Positions 59,626-64,000 of a DNA stretch of 64,000 nucleotides are shown here, piece by piece. The translations under genes and the position numbers were made by a program. This stretch comes from Myxococcales bacterium (GTDB lineage: Bacteria > Myxococcota_A > Polyangia > Polyangiales > DASUME01), in NCBI GenBank assembly GCA_047601445.1, contig JASGJH010000001.1:1120001-1184000 (forward strand), in the 5' to 3' direction. The stretch's first letter is position 1, and the number at the start of each line of letters is the position of its first letter. Below the pieces are notes generated by a model that was given only the letters and a program-made list of their open reading frames with translations, had not been told where the DNA came from and did not search any database.

Positions 59626-60024
59626 ATGCGGCGATGGTTGGGAGTGGTCCTCATGCTCGCAGGCTGTGTCCCGGACGGCATCGCACGCGCCACATGCGAG
59701 AGCGAGATGCTGGCGACGGGAGACCCCGAGCACTGCAAGGTGTACGCAGACTTCGTCACCCAGAAGTCAGCCATCCACTTCGACTCGGAATCGCGCAATT
59801 TCGTGGCCCAAGTCCAGATCAGCCTGCGGGTCGCCAAGGGCACGCTGGACGTCGTCTATCGCGACCTCGAGGGGCCCCATCGGGTCACGATCACCCCACA
59901 GGCCCCCTTCGCGACGAGCATGGAGACCAAACTCCATCGCGAGACCCGCTCCTTCACGCTGGACTTCGAACCGCAGGGACGGGTCGAGGGGCTCAGCGGC
60001 ACCGTGGATTTCGCGACGCGGTGA
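59626..60024 (+). CDS. Hypothetical lipoprotein
   Basis: GGAGG RBS, MRRWLGVVLMLAGC, beta-rich body. Confidence 0.75.
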   Translation: MRRWLGVVLMLAGCVPDGIARATCESEMLATGDPEHCKVYADFVTQKSAIHFDSESRNFVAQVQISLRVAKGTLDVVYRDLEGPHRVTITPQAPFATSMETKLHRETRSFTLDFEPQGRVEGLSGTVDFATR

Positions 60025-60076
60025 GATATCCTCGAGCACTATCACGATAGAAGTCACCAGACCTTGCCAGCACCTA

Positions 60077-60631
60077 TTGGCCTCACGAGCGCGAGCGAAC
60101 AACGGCCGCGCCTGGGTCAGGCTCCTCGTCTTTGGCATCGTGCTCGGGGCAGCCGGCTGCGCCAAGGACGAGTGCTCCGAGGTGGGCAGCCGCTGGTGCC
60201 GCGGCGACCAAGTCGTGACATGCGAAGAAGATGATGGCTCCGACACGTTCGGCCCGGGTTCGCGCAGCGGCCACGTGATCGAGGTCGAGGAAGACTGCGC
60301 CGAGGAGGGGCTGGCGTGCATCGAGCACAACGCCGAGCCCGCCTGCGGTTTCGCGAAGGTTCGCTGTCTGGATGGGCGCCCCTTGTGCGTCGGCAACTGG
60401 GCCGCCTCGTGCGCTGACGGCCGGAAACATCCCGAGGCAATCCAAGAGTGCAGCGGCGAGACCGCCCACTGCGTCGTGGGACTGCTCGAAGCGCATTGCT
60501 CCGCCATCGGCGAGATGTGCGACCCGGCCACGGCGGAACCGCGCTGCGTAGAGCCATGGATGGTTGCGTGCCTGGACGGCGCCTGGCTCACGCATGGGCC
60601 GGGTGGGTTCTCGACAGCGTGCCCCAAGTAG
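60077..60631 (+). CDS. Cys-rich lipoprotein
   Basis: AAGC lipobox and many regularly spaced Cys. The TTG start is uncertain. Confidence 0.65.
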   Translation: MASRARANNGRAWVRLLVFGIVLGAAGCAKDECSEVGSRWCRGDQVVTCEEDDGSDTFGPGSRSGHVIEVEEDCAEEGLACIEHNAEPACGFAKVRCLDGRPLCVGNWAASCADGRKHPEAIQECSGETAHCVVGLLEAHCSAIGEMCDPATAEPRCVEPWMVACLDGAWLTHGPGGFSTACPK

Positions 60632-60693
60632 CAGGGTGCCGAAGAGAGCTTCCCCCCGGGGATCGTGATAGCGTCCGCCCGGCCGGCAGCAGG

Positions 60694-61806
60694 ATGGACC
60701 TCGAAAGAAGCAGCGCGCACGCCCGCGCCCCCCGCGTCGTAGGGGTTCTCGCCGCCGGCATCCTGTGGGCCGCGAGCTCATCGACTGCACAGGCTAGTCC
60801 ACCCGAGCGGCCCGCGCTCAACTGGGTGCGCATGCCGGGAGCGGAGTCGTGCATCGATCCCAAGAACCTCGGCCGACGCGTCGAGGCCCTCACGGGGGCC
60901 GTTTTCGCCCTCTCCTCGGAAGCCGATTTCGTGATCGAAGCCCGGGTCGCGCCCACCGACCACGGGTTTGAAGCCCACGTCGTGACCCCTCCACGCCGCT
61001 CGACCTCGGCCGAAGCGGGAGAACGGGTGCTGGAGGCACCGAGCTCGGACTGTCATGCCCTCGATGAGGCGCTCGTCTTCGTCTTGGCCGTGGCCATCGA
61101 TCCCAGCCTGTCCGAGGCGGCCATCGGCGCGAACCTCGGCAGCTTCGCGCAGGAAGTACCGCCCGAGCAGAGTTTGCTCGTCGAGCTCGAGCAGCAGCCA
61201 CCCGTACCTGCGCCGCCGCCACAGGACGTCTCCACTCCCGCCGGGCCGAGCGCCTCGCTCCCTTCGCAGAGAGCTGAGGTGAAGCCCACGCAGCTCCATG
61301 GCGTGGTCGCTGCGAGCGCCAATCTACTGGGCTTGATGCTGCCCAAGACCCGCTGGGGGCTAGGAGTACTCGGTGACCTCGAGTTCTCCAAGCGCTTCGG
61401 CGTGCGCCTCGCGGTACGAGCTTTTCCGTGGGGCCCTCGCACCGCGCTTGGCAATGGTTCGCTCGCGGTCCAGGTCTATCAGTCCGCCCTGCTGGGCTGC
61501 CTGCAGGTGGTCCCGGTGGGCAACCTGACCTTCGCCCTGTGTGGTGGCGCGGAGCTCAGCTATGCCCGCGGAAGCGGCGAGCAATTCGTGAGAAACCACG
61601 CCCGATCCCTGTGGCTGCCGGCGCTGACGGCGAGCGTCACGGCGCGGGTCTCGCTGAACCCGCGCTTCGGTTTCCTGGTCGACGTGGCGGGTAGGGTGGG
61701 GTTCAGGTCGCCGGCCTTTTTTGCCGATCAGGGGGCCGCGCCGGCGACTTTCACCCCTGGTCGGTATGGCCTCGGCCTCACGCTCGGACCCTACTTCGAA
61801 TTTTAA
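60694..61806 (+). CDS. ECF-cassette secreted protein: Cys-pair N-domain plus putative beta-barrel C-domain
   Basis: Signal peptide, LNWVR.PGAESC...R.LEA...DC..L..A...LA.AIDP, Pro linker, beta-strands, terminal Phe (GPYFEF). Confidence 0.72.
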   Translation: MDLERSSAHARAPRVVGVLAAGILWAASSSTAQASPPERPALNWVRMPGAESCIDPKNLGRRVEALTGAVFALSSEADFVIEARVAPTDHGFEAHVVTPPRRSTSAEAGERVLEAPSSDCHALDEALVFVLAVAIDPSLSEAAIGANLGSFAQEVPPEQSLLVELEQQPPVPAPPPQDVSTPAGPSASLPSQRAEVKPTQLHGVVAASANLLGLMLPKTRWGLGVLGDLEFSKRFGVRLAVRAFPWGPRTALGNGSLAVQVYQSALLGCLQVVPVGNLTFALCGGAELSYARGSGEQFVRNHARSLWLPALTASVTARVSLNPRFGFLVDVAGRVGFRSPAFFADQGAAPATFTPGRYGLGLTLGPYFEF

Positions 61807-61807
61807 A

Positions 61808-61835
61808 CTGAGTTTTCCTCTCCGCCCCGCACCCA
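61808..61835 (+). promoter_or_regulatory. Candidate ECF promoter (copy 1)
   Basis: CTGAGTTTTCCTC-N9-CACCCA, 7 nt before the sigma GTG. A second copy lies at 63118. Confidence 0.5.
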
Positions 61836-61842
61836 CCTCCAC

Positions 61843-62391
61843 GTGACCGAGCATTTCCCCCAGCTGTTTCGCACTCACGCGCCGTTCGTGTGGCGTGTGC
61901 TGCGGCGCTACGGCGTGCGCGAGCAGGACCTCGAGGACGCCTGTCAGGAGGTGTTTCTGGTGGTGCACCGCCGCCAGGGAGACTTCGAAGGCCGCTCGAG
62001 CCTGCGCACTTGGCTCTACGGCATCGCACGCAAGGTGGCCTCCGGGTCACGGCGCACCATGCGCCCCACGGCCTCGGCCGAGGCGCTGGAGTTCGAATCG
62101 AACCTGCCAGTCTCGGAGAGCGATCCCGAGGCCGACCTGGACCGCAACCGAACCCTCCTCTGGCTCAACACGGCCCTGGGCGAAATCGACGAGGACCAGC
62201 GCGAGGTGTTCGTGCTCTACGAGCTCGAGTACCTGACCATGGCTGAAGTGGCCGAGGCGGTCGGCTGCAACGAAACCACCGCGCTCTATCGGCTCGAGGC
62301 CGCACGGGACAAGCTGCGTCGCGCGCTGAAGCGGCGGGCACTGGCGCGAACGTATTCGGCCCCGACGAATCTCAGGGAAGGTGTGCGATGA
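61843..62391 (+). CDS. ECF RNA polymerase sigma-70 factor
   Basis: DLEDACQEVFLVVHRR..DFEGRSSLRTWLYGIA and REVFVLYELE.LTMAEVAEAVG. Confidence 0.95.
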   Translation: MTEHFPQLFRTHAPFVWRVLRRYGVREQDLEDACQEVFLVVHRRQGDFEGRSSLRTWLYGIARKVASGSRRTMRPTASAEALEFESNLPVSESDPEADLDRNRTLLWLNTALGEIDEDQREVFVLYELEYLTMAEVAEAVGCNETTALYRLEAARDKLRRALKRRALARTYSAPTNLREGVR

Positions 62392-63179
62392 CACATGAGC
62401 CCCAGCGTTGGTTGGAGGACCGCGCGTCACTCGACCCCGATTTCGCGGAGGCGGCCGTCAGCTTCCAGCGCGATGCCCCGAGCCAAGCCCAGCTGGATCG
62501 CATGCTGCAACGCTTCGCTGTGCCGGAGCCCGTACCGCAAGTGAAGCTTGCGCCCGAAAACCTGCCCATGACCGTCAAGTGGCTCGGGGTCACCAGCCTT
62601 GCGCTGCTCACGGGACTTGGAGCTCTCTGGTTTTGGCCGAGTGAGGCTGCCACGCCTGTGCCCGCGCGAGCCGCGCCGGAGCAAGCGAGCCCCACGGCCG
62701 AAGCCCATGCGGCGTCGCTCGAACATGCGGCCGTTCCGCGCGAAGAGGCTCCGCCCGCCAAGGTAGCGCGCAAAACCCGCGTTCTGCCCGCGCGGACGGT
62801 GTCCCAAGAGGCGACCGAAGAGAACGTCCTGCCCGCGGCCGAGCCGCGAAACTCCACGAGCGAGCTCGAGCTCCTACAGCGTGCCCGTCGCGTCCTTGGG
62901 GCCAGCCCTACACGTGCCCTGGAGCTGGCCGAAGAGCACCGCGCCGCGTTTCCCCGCGGCCTATTTGCAGAAGAACGTGAGCTCCTGGCCATCGAAGCTT
63001 TGCTCGCGCTCGGCCGCCGAGGCGAGGGCGCGACGCGGGCCGCAGCGTTCGAAGGCCAGTATCCGCGCTCGATCCATGCCCAGCGCCTGCGGAGGCTGAT
63101 GGCCCCTGAAGAAAAATCTGAGCTTCCCTCCGCGACCGGTCACTCATCGCAGGAGAAGGAGACGACACCCCAACCATGA
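62388..63179 (+). CDS. Putative anti-sigma factor: single TM, linker, TPR-like C-terminus
   Basis: ATGA coupling to the sigma gene. ELELLQRAR...FP.G.FAEERE.LAIEAL..LGR..E...RA..F...YP.S. Confidence 0.78.
   Translation: MTHEPQRWLEDRASLDPDFAEAAVSFQRDAPSQAQLDRMLQRFAVPEPVPQVKLAPENLPMTVKWLGVTSLALLTGLGALWFWPSEAATPVPARAAPEQASPTAEAHAASLEHAAVPREEAPPAKVARKTRVLPARTVSQEATEENVLPAAEPRNSTSELELLQRARRVLGASPTRALELAEEHRAAFPRGLFAEERELLAIEALLALGRRGEGATRAAAFEGQYPRSIHAQRLRRLMAPEEKSELPSATGHSSQEKETTPQP
63118..63146 (+). promoter_or_regulatory. Candidate ECF promoter (copy 2)
   Basis: CTGAGCTTCCCTC-N10-CACTCA upstream of the RBS and ATG 63176. Confidence 0.5.
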
Positions 63180-63950
63180 ATGACGTGCCTCTGCTTGGTT
63201 CGCTCGGTCGCATGGGCTCGGCCCTCGCATGGACGCTGTTTGGTCTCGCCGCGGGCTGCGGAGACGACGTGCGCGTCGGCAGCAACTACCCGGTCCACGA
63301 TGGTGGCCAAGGGGTGAATGAGTCCGGCCCTGAAAGCTGCGTCGCCACCGAAGACCTCAGCGCCGTGCCCACCCAAGAGATTTACTATGCGACGAGTCCC
63401 GCGCTGTTCGTCGAGACCGCCCGCGGGGTCTTCAGCAACGCGAACGGTGACACGTTCAGCGCGCAGATCGCGTATGCCACGAAGCGCGTCGAGGATAGCT
63501 GCGTCGACGATCCTTCCCTTCCTGCAGCGTCGGACCTGTCGCCCAATCCGCCCAGCGCCATTCCAGATGGCGCCGAGCTCCCTTACGTGACGTTCGACCT
63601 TCAAGCGCAAATCGCGTTCCACACTGCCGACGGCGCTTGGGACGAACACTTCGATACGACCTTGCTGTTGACACCGCACCGTGAGGGCAACAACGGGGCG
63701 CTCGGTCTCTCCGGCAGCACCGAGCTCGCGCTGGCCGATTCTCGCAGGCACGTTCACGCTGCCGGGCGAGGACCCGGGGACGACAGATGGGGCGAACGTG
63801 AATCTCACCCTCAGCTTCATCGACGGCGGTTGGTTCCTCGACCGCATCATTTACGAGCACGCCAGTGTCCCCGCGGGTGAGGAGGGGCTCCCCGGAGTCG
63901 CCTGGTCCGCGGGCTCGGTGTTCATCAAGGAGAGCGGGAGCCAGCCATGA
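63176..63950 (+). CDS. Hypothetical lipoprotein, 1-nt frameshift at ~63740
   Basis: AAGC lipobox. Deleting one T of GATT gives ADLAGTF... and a stop at 63950 that overlaps the next ATG (ATGA). Confidence 0.65.
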
Positions 63951-64000
63951 CCCTCCATGTTTCCACCGACGTGACTCGCCTCGTGTTGTGCTTCGCGCTC
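63947..64000 (+). CDS. Start of a downstream exported protein (3'-partial)
   Basis: ATGA overlap, GGAG RBS, MTLHVSTDVTRLVLCFAL. Confidence 0.45.
   Translation, partial: MTLHVSTDVTRLVLCFAL

Noticed and set aside
1..64000. CRISPR arrays, IS elements, prophage, rRNA/tRNA, known defence systems
   Set aside because: No repeat-spacer arrays, transposase, integrase, phage or Cas motifs were recognised, and the intergenic gaps are short. Small ncRNAs cannot be excluded by eye.

Overview
GC-rich (roughly two-thirds GC by eye) bacterial chromosome segment. The gene families (lipoproteins with DAG-rich linkers, ECF sigma/anti-sigma cassettes, a tandem-LuxR regulator, a Wsp-like chemosensory operon) suggest a myxobacterium, Polyangia-like; this is inference. 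There are about 62 densely packed CDSs and no rRNA, tRNA, CRISPR array, transposase or integrase that I can recognise. From left to right: lipid/sterol/xenobiotic catabolic genes with local TetR/LysR/PadR regulators; a probable inactivated PD-(D/E)XK protein; a Gly-rich lipoprotein; a secreted protein resembling leukocidin/Vibrio-cytolysin beta-pore-forming toxins; ECF cassette 1; an HTH/SHOCT/GST unit with twin operators; an arylsulfatase; a phosphoethanolamine transferase; a WspABCDEF-like operon with an unusual response regulator; a porin; a FIST sensor; membrane proteins; a plant-type GH19 chitinase; orphan lipoproteins; and ECF cassette 2. The best candidates for undescribed biology are the repeated four-gene barrel/ECF/anti-sigma-TPR/lipoprotein cassette with a visible candidate promoter, the putative pore-forming toxin, and the dead-nuclease protein with an upstream palindrome. 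Four single-base frameshifts are probably assembly errors. All family calls come from motif recognition by eye; no database searches were run.
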